This document shows positions 47,425 to 56,821 of a stretch of 64,000 bases of DNA, in pieces. The translations under genes and the position numbers were made by a program. The notes below the pieces were generated by a model that did no database searches, was not told the origin of the DNA, and saw only the letters and a list, made by a program, of their open reading frames with translations. Origin of the DNA: a virus (lineage: Duplodnaviria > Caudoviricetes). Position 1 is the first letter of the stretch. Each line of letters opens with the position of its first letter. The DNA lies in the IMG/VR virus record IMGVR_UViG_3300021511_000006, positions 1-64,000 of that record; one strand, given 5' to 3'.

Positions 47425-50421
47425 TTAATCAACTCCTATTACTGTTAGATATGAACTAAGTAATTTAACAGATTCGGGTACTGCATCTAATTCTTTACTA
47501 TCATCGGTTAGATTTGACTCAATGAATTTACGAATATAACTATTTTTCAAATCAATACAGTCAGATTTAGTTGTGAGAAACTCATGTAAATTAATTGGAG
47601 CATCGTGCCCAATCAAACATGCTGTTTCCATTTCACCACATCTTTGACCACCCTTATTCTTTCTGCCGCCAAGAGGTTGTAGTGTTCGTCTTGCATATGC
47701 TCCAATACCTCTTGCTGCAAGTTTCTCTTCTGCAATATGAACCATTCTAAAGAAATGAATGAATCCAACAGCGATTCGATTAGCCAAATGAACTTTAGAT
47801 AACGGATCATATATTTTATATTTAAATTCTGCTCCTGTAAATTTTAGGGCATCTTCAACTTGCTCCAATCTACATGATTGAAATGGAGGTTGGACGATGG
47901 TAAAATTTTGAATAAAGTCTTCCGTTATTGTTTTTGGAAGTTGTTCAAATAGTTGTTTAAAATACCATCCATCTTCTGTACAATCAATTATTCGTATAAA
48001 TTTTAGTAAGTATTTTCTTATGAGTTTCTGTGTTATATTCTCTTTGAGCATTTGTGACATTGATTGTTTTAGACAATCGACTGCCATAGATAAATGCATT
48101 TCGTATAACTGCCCAATATTCATTCTTGATATTATACCGAGAGGGTTAATACAGATATCTAAATGTCGCCCATCTGGTAGTTGTGGCATTTTATTATGAG
48201 GAACAATTCTGGAGATTACTCCTTTATTCCCATGTCTATTTGCCATTTTATCGCCTACTTTTACACGCCTGAAATGAACTCCATACATTTCAACATAAAG
48301 ACCATTTATCCTCTCACGTTTTCGTTTATACTTTCCGGCGAATGAGAATTTATCTAGATTATGATCTTTAATAGTTTTCATAGCTTGATCTTTAGGCATA
48401 ACTTTTTTGAGGATTTTTTGTAGATCTTTTTCCTTGTCTTGTTGTTTATCTAGTTGCCCTTCAATCCAATCTTTATATTCAGGTATTTCTGTATTCCATA
48501 AGTTACCGTATAAATTAATTTCAGATATTATATAGTTTTTTCGAGCTTCTAATGGAATACCCTCAGAGAAAACTGAATAATATTCGTCAGTGTTTAATTT
48601 TTTAAGAATAGCATATGGATTGCCTGCTTTAATTGTTTCAAGTTCTTCTGGTAATGGTTTATATTCGTCTTCTTTTAAAGAAAGAAGAACTTTATCTGGA
48701 GATAATGTGAATGACAAATCTTTATAGTGAACTGATGTTAATATATCATCATTAACCAGTCTATCTGAAATTACAATACCGTCTTCATAGTTATTTCCAT
48801 AATATACCATAACGCCTGTAAGCAAGTTTCTTCCAATGTTAATATTCCCGTCTTTACAAAAATTACTTTCTGCTAAAATATCTCCGGATTTAAATTTGTC
48901 ACCCGATTTAACATATATGTTCATAAAGTCCATGTGTTCAACATAGATTTTTCTATGCTGAACATCAAACAACTCAACGGTTTCGTCATTATATAGAACA
49001 ATGATATAGTTACTGTCAATATGGACTACTTCTCCATTCTTTTTAGCTGTCTTAACAAATTGTGTGTATTTTGTATATAGACCTTCACAACCAGAGCTTA
49101 TTAAAGGAGTATCAAATTCTCTTAACATAATTGATTGTCTCATCTGTGAAGATGCCATTTGCAATCTTGTTTGATCATCATGTTTAAGAAACGGAGTCAT
49201 TGAAACAGGAATCGAAATTGGATTATCTTCACAAATATCATCTGTAAATTTTAAGTTTTCATCAAGATGTACATTTGGAATCAGATTCTGTAAAACTCCA
49301 CAGTTGTCTCTATCTGGAGTGTCAACTGGGCATAAACGCCCAAACATAGTTGGACAAATATCTCTTAAATGTTTCGGAATATTTTCTCTTTTAAAACCAC
49401 CTGGTCCAAGTAGACTTATCCTTGATAATTTTGTAAGTTCTTCAATTGGGTTTATTGAGAAATCAAACTGAACAATATCTGAAACATTACAGTCTGATAA
49501 AATCTGGGTGGAGTTAATATTAAACTTTGGTTGTCTTGATGTTCTATTTGCAAAACATAAATCAAATATAATCTTTGATACTTTTCCAATGACAACATAT
49601 TCAAAACATCTTACCCGTTTATTTATAAATAGTGTATCATCAACAAATCCTGTTTTTAGAATTTCAGACAACTCTTCTAAAATAGAATCATACTGCATAA
49701 ACTTTGCTGTGAGTATATCAACTTTAGAAATTAGATCAATAGCATATAATATATCTTCGCCTTTTGACTTCGCATTATATCTAGAATACAATTTACCAAG
49801 TTCAAGAGTAAAATCATCAGTTGTGTATCCGATTGATTCTTCACAATAAGTTTTTAAATCAACTCTTAATAAATCATAAAGATTACTACTGCTTGGGTCA
49901 ATATCAAGGTCAAGTTCATATATTTTGGTAACTTCTTCAATACCATAGTACGCCAATAATATTAAAGAAAATGGAACTTTTTTACCCAAGAAACTGATCT
50001 GAATGTGCGGGATTTCTTTATCTTTAAATACCATTATAGTTGCTACATTTGTTCGTAGTTTTATACTTTCACCCCTTGTAACAATGGGGGTATCAAAAAG
50101 CTGAAATAAAGGGATTTTTCTTCTTCCATTAATATAAACATAGTTACCATCAATTAATTTGGGGATAAATATACTTATATCAATTTCAGAGCTTCCCTTT
50201 TGTAATTTAATAACCAATGTTTGTTTAAGAGTCTTGGCGAGCTCTCCTGATGAGAAACGAGAATCTTTAAGACTAATCTCGTTTATCTGAAATCCAATTT
50301 CTTCAACAGGTTTAACTATTTCTTGTACAGTAGATAAAATTTGATCATAATCTAGTTGTCGTATTGTGAAGATATTTTTATCTTCGTTGTGAATTGTAGA
50401 TATTGGATTAATTATTTTCAA
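47425..50421 (-). CDS. rpoB: Phage multisubunit RNA polymerase, beta-like subunit
   Basis: GRLCPVDTPD, MASSQMRQ, VGDKMANRHGNKG, NPLGIISRMNIGQ and GGQRCGEME motifs; 998 aa. Confidence 0.93.
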   Translation of the reverse strand: MKIINPISTIHNEDKNIFTIRQLDYDQILSTVQEIVKPVEEIGFQINEISLKDSRFSSGELAKTLKQTLVIKLQKGSSEIDISIFIPKLIDGNYVYINGRRKIPLFQLFDTPIVTRGESIKLRTNVATIMVFKDKEIPHIQISFLGKKVPFSLILLAYYGIEEVTKIYELDLDIDPSSSNLYDLLRVDLKTYCEESIGYTTDDFTLELGKLYSRYNAKSKGEDILYAIDLISKVDILTAKFMQYDSILEELSEILKTGFVDDTLFINKRVRCFEYVVIGKVSKIIFDLCFANRTSRQPKFNINSTQILSDCNVSDIVQFDFSINPIEELTKLSRISLLGPGGFKRENIPKHLRDICPTMFGRLCPVDTPDRDNCGVLQNLIPNVHLDENLKFTDDICEDNPISIPVSMTPFLKHDDQTRLQMASSQMRQSIMLREFDTPLISSGCEGLYTKYTQFVKTAKKNGEVVHIDSNYIIVLYNDETVELFDVQHRKIYVEHMDFMNIYVKSGDKFKSGDILAESNFCKDGNINIGRNLLTGVMVYYGNNYEDGIVISDRLVNDDILTSVHYKDLSFTLSPDKVLLSLKEDEYKPLPEELETIKAGNPYAILKKLNTDEYYSVFSEGIPLEARKNYIISEINLYGNLWNTEIPEYKDWIEGQLDKQQDKEKDLQKILKKVMPKDQAMKTIKDHNLDKFSFAGKYKRKRERINGLYVEMYGVHFRRVKVGDKMANRHGNKGVISRIVPHNKMPQLPDGRHLDICINPLGIISRMNIGQLYEMHLSMAVDCLKQSMSQMLKENITQKLIRKYLLKFIRIIDCTEDGWYFKQLFEQLPKTITEDFIQNFTIVQPPFQSCRLEQVEDALKFTGAEFKYKIYDPLSKVHLANRIAVGFIHFFRMVHIAEEKLAARGIGAYARRTLQPLGGRKNKGGQRCGEMETACLIGHDAPINLHEFLTTKSDCIDLKNSYIRKFIESNLTDDSKELDAVPESVKLLSSYLTVIGVD

Positions 50422-50423
50422 TG

Positions 50424-50609
50424 TTATATCCCCTTTTCTTTACAGTCTGATTTTAAAGCGTCCTCTAGTTTATCATCCTCAATATAATAAGGATCGCTAT
50501 TCATTCTTAGAACATTCATTATAATTTGAGTTAGTCGAAGATCCGGTGCATCATTCCAGATCTTCTCAACCAACCCTAATATACGTTTAATTCTAGCTGG
50601 ATCTCTCAT
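50424..50609 (-). CDS. Small protein of the MRDPxRI (DUF1040/YihD-like) type
   Basis: MRDPARIKRIL...W...PDLRLTQII. Confidence 0.65.
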   Translation of the reverse strand: MRDPARIKRILGLVEKIWNDAPDLRLTQIIMNVLRMNSDPYYIEDDKLEDALKSDCKEKGI

Positions 50610-53311
50610 GTAATTTTCTCTCCCTTAAGTATTTTATCCATAACTCCGGAATATCTTCCTTCATATAATATTCCTTGAAGAATAGACTTCTTTGGATTTG
50701 AAAATGCCATAGCAAGAATCCAACTTTCTCGGTTAGGTACAGATTGTACAGAGTAGAAATTTGGTATAATTTTTTCTCTATCTTCTATCAGTCTCCATTT
50801 TTTGTAATCTTTCCACATCAATTGTGTAACTACACATTCAAAATGTATGTGATGAATATCTTTATCATATACATCAAATAAAGCATCAACTATTTCGGTA
50901 TATGTTTTTCCTTTAAATTTATGTAATAATTCAGCAACAGATGCAAGATCTCCAATAATATCTCTTTGTTTCATGGAGTTTTCTTTATTTTCTTCTCCCT
51001 TAATTACTGCTGAACCTGAAGTATGAAAAGTTCTTAAAACTAATTGTGTTCCCCTCTCTCCTAATGTTTGAGCAGCAATAATACCAACAAATCGGCTATT
51101 TAAACTTTTATATAAATCTCCATAACACTTTTTACAGAGTCTATCAGATTTACATAAAATAGGACTTCGTATCTGAATTAATTTTCCAATTATATCTTTA
51201 TAATTATCTTGAGTAATTTTATATAGTGATGATTCATCTTCTGAAAGACACCATCTATTTACTAACATATGAGCCTTTCGTTCTGTTTTTACATCGACTT
51301 CTAATAAGTCTGTAGTGCCACAATCATCAAGATCTTGATCAATCTGTAAGTTAGCACATGTAAAAATGAGTTTCCTTGATAGATATCCGCTTGTGCCCGT
51401 ATTTAATGCAACATCTAAGAGACCTTTTCTACATCCATATGTTGAGAAGAAAAATTCTTTTTGATTCAAACCTTCAAGTAAAGAATTTTTAATTGGATGA
51501 TCTAAAATCTCTCCATCAAAGTTTGAAATGAATCCTCTGGATAATACAAGTTGTTTAACTTGATCCCAACTTCCCCTTGCGCCAGATTCTATCATATATG
51601 AATATTTAAATTTATCTCTAAGTTCATGAATCAAACTAGGATCTGAAAATGCAACAATTTGATCTCTTGTTTCCTTATGAGAATAAATATTATCTTTTAT
51701 TTTGGATATCCCTTCAATTTTACAATCTTGTAAAGACATAGTACATCCATATAAAGTTGCAAATTTGAATCCTATCCTTTTAATATTATCAAGAACCTGT
51801 ATAGTTATATCGCTAGAATATTTATCTTTAATATCATTAAGGATTGTAAGAAGTTCTTTATTAGCAACAAGACCTTCAACTATTGGATAATCTTCTGGAA
51901 GTTGTTTGTTAAATTCAGCTTGACCCAATGGAAGGCTTTTATTTTTAAACATAACTGTCTTATCTGAAAAGCTGGGTGATGTTAAATAATAAATTCCTAG
52001 TATTATATCTTGGCTTGGAGTTGTAGTAAGACCTTCATTTGAAGGGCTATTTAAATTAGAAGAAATTAAAATTTTCTTTAAAATCTCTTCTTTAGCTTCA
52101 TTAGTAACCGGAATATAAACTGCCATTTGATCTCCATCAAAATCTGCATTGAATGGAGGGCATGCTAAAGGATGTATTTTGATTACTTGATCTAACGTAA
52201 TCTTAATTTTAAAAGCAAGCATGCTCAATTTATGAAGAGATGGTTGTCTATTTAATATACAACATTCTTCACTTGTTATTTCTTCACAAACTTTTAATAG
52301 AACAGGTGAATAATTATCAATACATTGATCTACAAAATCAATCGCCTTATTAAGAAGTTTAAATTTACCAAGTTGAATGATTCTCTTGGCAATCGGAAGT
52401 TTAAATAATTCAAGTACCATTAAATATGGTAGTTTACACTCATATAGTGAAAGAGTTGGATCTGGAGTAATAACTGCGCGTCCAGAAAAATCAATTCTTT
52501 TACCAAGAATATTCCCTCTAATTAATCCTTCTTTTTTTGCCATCTTTTCCAAAATTCTGGTATACAACTCACTCACATCTTTTTGTAGTTGTTTGAAATA
52601 AGTATAGTAAAGAGCTTTATCTCGATGAATATCAATGATCGTATCTTTCATCGCTTCTTTCTTGGTGAGTATTTGGACATAGTAACGATTGATTTTGTCC
52701 ATTAGTTGTTTTGCTTCTCCAGAACTTTTTGATGTTGGTCTAAGATCAGGTGGGAGAACAATAATTTCGTCTATGAGCAGACTATTAATATTATTTAAAA
52801 TAATTTGCCATTCAGCAATTCCTTCTTCAATCATTTCTGTTGCAATGTTTTTAACAAGAACTTCAATAGCTTCTGCACGTTCCCATGTTTCTACTCCTTC
52901 TGGGATTTGTTCGGGTATAGGTGTAACAACAAGTTCATCTCCAGTTTTATAGAGAACGCTTTGATCATTTTTCATAAGATTATCAATTGCTTTTTTCAAA
53001 GTCTTCCCACCCAGATCTATCAGTAGATCATAAAATATTGGATTTACAACTGGTATTGGTATTTTGATTTTTGCAAATCTTTTTCTTCGAGCATCACTAT
53101 TTATAATATCAACTCCACAGTCATCACATTTGCCTCCAGATCTTGATACTCCATGATATGTACCACATTGACAAGTATAATTCCTCATTGGACCAAATAT
53201 TTGTTCAGAAAATAATCCAAATGGGTGAAACTTTTTCTTTCCAAATGTTTTTAGAGACGTCACTTCGTCTAAGGGTTCACAAAATGTTTCATAATCTAAT
53301 AACTTAGGCAT
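50606..53311 (-). CDS. rpoC: Phage multisubunit RNA polymerase, beta-prime-like (catalytic) subunit
   Basis: NADFDGDQMA active site; N-terminal CQCG...CDDC zinc finger; GKRIDFSGRAVI; LNRQPSLH; bridge helix RKGLLDVALNTGTSGYLSRKL; trigger loop LRTFH. Confidence 0.95.
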   Translation of the reverse strand: MPKLLDYETFCEPLDEVTSLKTFGKKKFHPFGLFSEQIFGPMRNYTCQCGTYHGVSRSGGKCDDCGVDIINSDARRKRFAKIKIPIPVVNPIFYDLLIDLGGKTLKKAIDNLMKNDQSVLYKTGDELVVTPIPEQIPEGVETWERAEAIEVLVKNIATEMIEEGIAEWQIILNNINSLLIDEIIVLPPDLRPTSKSSGEAKQLMDKINRYYVQILTKKEAMKDTIIDIHRDKALYYTYFKQLQKDVSELYTRILEKMAKKEGLIRGNILGKRIDFSGRAVITPDPTLSLYECKLPYLMVLELFKLPIAKRIIQLGKFKLLNKAIDFVDQCIDNYSPVLLKVCEEITSEECCILNRQPSLHKLSMLAFKIKITLDQVIKIHPLACPPFNADFDGDQMAVYIPVTNEAKEEILKKILISSNLNSPSNEGLTTTPSQDIILGIYYLTSPSFSDKTVMFKNKSLPLGQAEFNKQLPEDYPIVEGLVANKELLTILNDIKDKYSSDITIQVLDNIKRIGFKFATLYGCTMSLQDCKIEGISKIKDNIYSHKETRDQIVAFSDPSLIHELRDKFKYSYMIESGARGSWDQVKQLVLSRGFISNFDGEILDHPIKNSLLEGLNQKEFFFSTYGCRKGLLDVALNTGTSGYLSRKLIFTCANLQIDQDLDDCGTTDLLEVDVKTERKAHMLVNRWCLSEDESSLYKITQDNYKDIIGKLIQIRSPILCKSDRLCKKCYGDLYKSLNSRFVGIIAAQTLGERGTQLVLRTFHTSGSAVIKGEENKENSMKQRDIIGDLASVAELLHKFKGKTYTEIVDALFDVYDKDIHHIHFECVVTQLMWKDYKKWRLIEDREKIIPNFYSVQSVPNRESWILAMAFSNPKKSILQGILYEGRYSGVMDKILKGEKIT

Positions 53312-53314
53312 TTA

Positions 53315-53551
53315 TTAATCCCCCGCTTTGAATTTGTCGCTTATAAATTGTCCTATCTCACAGAAATGTTGACTTACTTTATTTGCAATCAATTGATCTA
53401 TATCAGGCATTACTTCATGCGCAATTATTTTTATATCATCTACTGCCAACTGTATCTGTGAGTTTTTGATAGCCTTATCGACTATGCGAACAATCTCTTG
53501 TTCTAACAATGATGGTGGTTCTGTTAAATTAAACTTTTTTGTCTTGGCCAT
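53315..53551 (-). CDS. Small helical hypothetical protein directly upstream of RNAP beta-prime
   Basis: 78 aa from MAKTKKF. Confidence 0.55.
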   Translation of the reverse strand: MAKTKKFNLTEPPSLLEQEIVRIVDKAIKNSQIQLAVDDIKIIAHEVMPDIDQLIANKVSQHFCEIGQFISDKFKAGD

Positions 53552-53747
53552 CTGACTCTCTTTCATTTATTTTTTGTTTTAAATTACCAATGCCTTTATC
53601 AACTAAGTCTTCTGCTGTTTGTGCAGTTCTATTAACCATCAAATTAAAAAATGATCTAACAGCTTTTTTACCATTACTTACAAGATCATCAATAATTGTT
53701 TCGACCTGATTTGACATTTCTTTATCACTCAATCGTTTTTCTTCCAT
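53529..53747 (-). CDS. Small amphipathic helical hypothetical protein
   Basis: 72 aa; overlaps both neighbours. Confidence 0.55.
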   Translation of the reverse strand: MEEKRLSDKEMSNQVETIIDDLVSNGKKAVRSFFNLMVNRTAQTAEDLVDKGIGNLKQKINERESDGQDKKV

Positions 53748-54091
53748 GTCCCTAGTACCCCTTGTTTTTTATATTTTATTTCGCCCCAAGGTGTAAAGTA
53801 ACAGTTGTCTAAGTTAAAGCAAGATAACATACTAATTATCATTGAGTTTGAGTTTTTTGTTAGTTCATGCTGTCTCAAACTATTTGGAATACAAAACTCT
53901 CCAGTCCTTGGAATTGCATTTGGATGTGGATTGTTTAAAATTACCATGTCGATTTTACCATCAACAGTTTTAACTATATAATTTTTAATCTCGAATTTTT
54001 TTGCTAATTTCGTAATTTGGTATAATTCATTTTTATAAATTAATTTTCTTGGCATAATAAATTCTCTTACTTCAACATTTAGTATTTCCAT
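53729..54091 (-). CDS. Small E2/UBC-like protein
   Basis: HPNAIPRTGEFC matches the UBC HPN-x(7-8)-C catalytic signature; TAATG-coupled to the ThiF-like gene. Confidence 0.55.
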   Translation of the reverse strand: MEILNVEVREFIMPRKLIYKNELYQITKLAKKFEIKNYIVKTVDGKIDMVILNNPHPNAIPRTGEFCIPNSLRQHELTKNSNSMIISMLSCFNLDNCYFTPWGEIKYKKQGVLGTWKKND

Positions 54092-54951
54092 TATGCAGCT
54101 CCTGTTTCAGGAATTAATTCAATATAAGTATTATTACCTTCATCAAAAACTGATACTACAAAATTATTAAAATCTTCTTGACAACTTACAATAGATGTCA
54201 ATACTGAAATTAAGTCTTTGCTATTCTTTAAAGCATTCACAGGAATTACTTTTTCAGAAATTGGATAAACTTTACTTCCAAGAAATAAAGTTAATTCTTT
54301 GTTTTTATTTATATCTAAAATTGGGACGATCTTATCCGGCAGATTTACAAATTTATCTTCGCCGATTACATTATCATAAATAACATCATAACAATTATTC
54401 TCAAAATATTTAACATAATCAAGTTCATATTTTTCGACAGTTTGAATTTCTATAAGAGCTGCAATTGAAACGTTATCAATCATCATTGAAATAATTGATG
54501 CTGCATGTCTTAAATCATTCTTTGTCAATTCCGTAATGTATTTTCCAGCTTGTTGTTTTTTATAAGTAACATTCTTTCTAAAATCAGCCATCAAGTATCT
54601 TGATGATATATAAAATCTTGCGTCAATTTCAGACTTTCGATCATATGTAAAATCTCGACAATCAATTACCAAATCTTCTTTTGGAAGTTTCGTAACACCT
54701 TCAATATATTCAGTTTGAAACGCCCAGATTTCTATATTTGGATTTTGATCCATTAAAATATCTTTTAAAGCTTCAACTTTTGGAATACCTACATCAATCT
54801 GTCTGTAGATAGAATTTTTTAAATTCTTCTTCTTAACTATATCGTGGTCTATTATGACTAGCTTTTCGGTGTTCTCTAAATTAGAGATTGCTTCTGCTGT
54901 GAACCCTCCAAGGGTTCCTAATCCAATAATTACAACGTTTTTAAATACCAC
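54091..54951 (-). CDS. ThiF/E1-like adenylating protein 2
   Basis: IIGLGTLGG, IDHDIV..KNL, DVGIPKVEALK and VIDCRD. Confidence 0.8.
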   Translation of the reverse strand: MVFKNVVIIGLGTLGGFTAEAISNLENTEKLVIIDHDIVKKKNLKNSIYRQIDVGIPKVEALKDILMDQNPNIEIWAFQTEYIEGVTKLPKEDLVIDCRDFTYDRKSEIDARFYISSRYLMADFRKNVTYKKQQAGKYITELTKNDLRHAASIISMMIDNVSIAALIEIQTVEKYELDYVKYFENNCYDVIYDNVIGEDKFVNLPDKIVPILDINKNKELTLFLGSKVYPISEKVIPVNALKNSKDLISVLTSIVSCQEDFNNFVVSVFDEGNNTYIELIPETGAA

Positions 54952-54983
54952 GTTTTATAGTCTCCTTTTCAATCATTATTTTT

Positions 54984-55009
54984 TGGGGGGAGTTAAAAGC
55001 ATCCCCCCA
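54984..55009. other. G/C-run hairpin without U-tract
   Basis: TGGGGGGA/TCCCCCCA stem just after the 55016 stop. Confidence 0.6.
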
Positions 55010-55015
55010 TAAGAA

Positions 55016-55603
55016 TTAAGCCAATCTTGAGTCTAACTCCTCACTATGATTTTCAATTGGTTCTGTAAATATAATTGCTCTTCTTATTAGTTCTTGTTCG
55101 TCATCTCCAACTGGGGTAGGTCTATAATGAGATTTATATTTATATAGCGAGTTGGCTAATTTGACAGGATAACTCACAGGAATCTCATATGAATATTTTT
55201 TATATCCTCTGGTTGTTCTGACAGTTATAGGCATGCTCGGATCTATTCGTTTGAGTTCTTCTGCAATTTCATTCCTGAAATGGAGCTCATCGTCATTTGA
55301 TTTTATCTTTACACCACGTTTTACGAGCTCGTCATCACGACCAGAACCATTTATTTTCCAGTTGTTCTCTTTTCTGACTAGAGCTTTAATAGCACGACCA
55401 AATGCTTTGTTCTTTCCCTCAGATTTAGAAAATGTATCTAAGAGAGAACATATAGATACTCCTCGTGCTTCAATTCGCTGTTTTGAGGAGTTTATAAAAA
55501 CACAAGTTGTAAATGCATTATTTACAACTGGACTGTTGACAAAGTAAAATGAAATTTTATCAACGTCATTGTCTTGTAAGATTTTTTGTATGTCTTCATT
55601 CAT
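55016..55603 (-). CDS. Hypothetical protein inside the ubiquitin-like cassette
   Basis: ARGVSICSLLDTFSKSEGKNKAFGRA, a pattern common in small phage proteins. Confidence 0.65.
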   Translation of the reverse strand: MNEDIQKILQDNDVDKISFYFVNSPVVNNAFTTCVFINSSKQRIEARGVSICSLLDTFSKSEGKNKAFGRAIKALVRKENNWKINGSGRDDELVKRGVKIKSNDDELHFRNEIAEELKRIDPSMPITVRTTRGYKKYSYEIPVSYPVKLANSLYKYKSHYRPTPVGDDEQELIRRAIIFTEPIENHSEELDSRLA

Positions 55604-55624
55604 GGTTTCATTCCTTTATCTGGT

Positions 55625-55644
55625 GGGGGGTCCGAAGACCCCCC
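55625..55644 (-). other. Stable cUUCGg tetraloop hairpin 3' of the Ubl gene, without U-tract
   Basis: Minus strand GGGGGGTC-TTCG-GACCCCCC. Confidence 0.7.
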
Positions 55645-55654
55645 AACAGTTAAG

Positions 55655-56122
55655 TTAGCAACCCTTCTTGCCTGCTGGTTTCAGGAATTCCAGATTGTCA
55701 CCGTTTTTCAGTACGTAATCAGCATCGACTGCTTTACCATTTACCAGACCGGTAGACAGACGATCAACGTTCAGTACTTCTCTCAGGAAGTCCCCAACAT
55801 CTTTTACTGTCTTCCCTGCGACTGGGAAATTACCCGAAGATGCACCACATGATACATGAATGGTAGTAGTAGCTCTGCTACCGAAAGGTGCTCCTGGTTT
55901 GGTCAGCGTACTTTGCCCGGAAAATTCCAGTCCGGTCAGTTTACCACCTGCAGTTTTAGCAATGGTTGCTCCTTTTTTACCGTACTGAGCCATAATGGCG
56001 TTAACAACATCGTCCTTCGGTTTCTTGGTAACACCGACGATACCCAGTTCATCAACACACATTCTTTTCAGATCTTTTGAAGTTTTTGCCTCTAAGAAAT
56101 CTCGATTAAAACTTTTACCCAT
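55655..56122 (-). CDS. Ubiquitin-like (beta-grasp) protein with N-terminal Rho-N/HeH-like domain, ending GKKG-C
   Basis: IHVSCGA...GKTVKDV...LNV...VNG...DYVLKNGDNLEFLKPAGKKGC; located between E1 genes. Confidence 0.8.
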   Translation of the reverse strand: MGKSFNRDFLEAKTSKDLKRMCVDELGIVGVTKKPKDDVVNAIMAQYGKKGATIAKTAGGKLTGLEFSGQSTLTKPGAPFGSRATTTIHVSCGASSGNFPVAGKTVKDVGDFLREVLNVDRLSTGLVNGKAVDADYVLKNGDNLEFLKPAGKKGC

Positions 56123-56137
56123 GATAATAAGTCTCCT

Positions 56138-56821
56138 TCATTTCACTATTCGGATTTTTGCGTCTGTAGTCATACTAAGCATATCAAAGTAGATTTCAGA
56201 CCGTTCATACTGTTCTTTTATAACCACGTTATAAAAAGCCCAGCACATCAATGTTGCTACCCCCAAATTTGTAAAATACAACTGAGGGTCTGATTGTGAA
56301 AGTTCTTCACAACTCATTTCTTCGGGTAACTTATCGTTAGGGTTTGCAATTTCCGGATGGTAAGCACATAAGTCCGGAGTTAAATCTTTTCCTTCCTTCC
56401 GGACATAAATCTGTACATTACCATCTGTAAATTCGTTCCCACCAGAGATTAAAATAACATCTTGTAAAGTTTTACAGTAATTAGAAACGATCATTCTGGT
56501 TTTGTGATTATCAACACATAGAAATACAATATCGCCTTCTCTTATAGTTTCCACAATATTTTTTTCGTTTACGAAGGCTTCATAAGAATCAAACCGTAGC
56601 TCACTAAATTTTATCTGAAGTTCAGTGCCTTTAATATCGGCTTTATTCCCCATGCGGGTAAACTCTTGCCTCTCATAGTTTTTATGCTCATATTCATCTC
56701 CATCTACTAATAGAATATCTGCGGCTAAATCCTTTGAATAATTCAGAAATCTGCATATTCTTTCAGAGAGAATAGAACCTACTCCCCCAAGTCCAATAAT
56801 AGTTATAGGTAATCTAGTCAC
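56138..56821 (-). CDS. ThiF/E1-like activating enzyme 1 (PRTRC ThiF-like)
   Basis: IIGLGGVG, VDGD...NYERQ, CVDNHKTR, SGGN and SCEEL...PQLYFTN with a candidate catalytic Cys. Confidence 0.9.
   Translation of the reverse strand: MTRLPITIIGLGGVGSILSERICRFLNYSKDLAADILLVDGDEYEHKNYERQEFTRMGNKADIKGTELQIKFSELRFDSYEAFVNEKNIVETIREGDIVFLCVDNHKTRMIVSNYCKTLQDVILISGGNEFTDGNVQIYVRKEGKDLTPDLCAYHPEIANPNDKLPEEMSCEELSQSDPQLYFTNLGVATLMCWAFYNVVIKEQYERSEIYFDMLSMTTDAKIRIVK

Noticed and set aside
47425-53311. Host chromosomal rpoBC operon or contamination
   Set aside because: Reversed gene order, much shorter subunits, an interleaved phage-type ORF, no ribosomal protein genes, and continuous phage context
38383-53311. 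Inteins or group I introns in terminase or RNAP genes
   Set aside because: Conserved motifs follow without large insertions, no intein C...HN signatures were seen, and the HNH genes lie between ORFs rather than inside them
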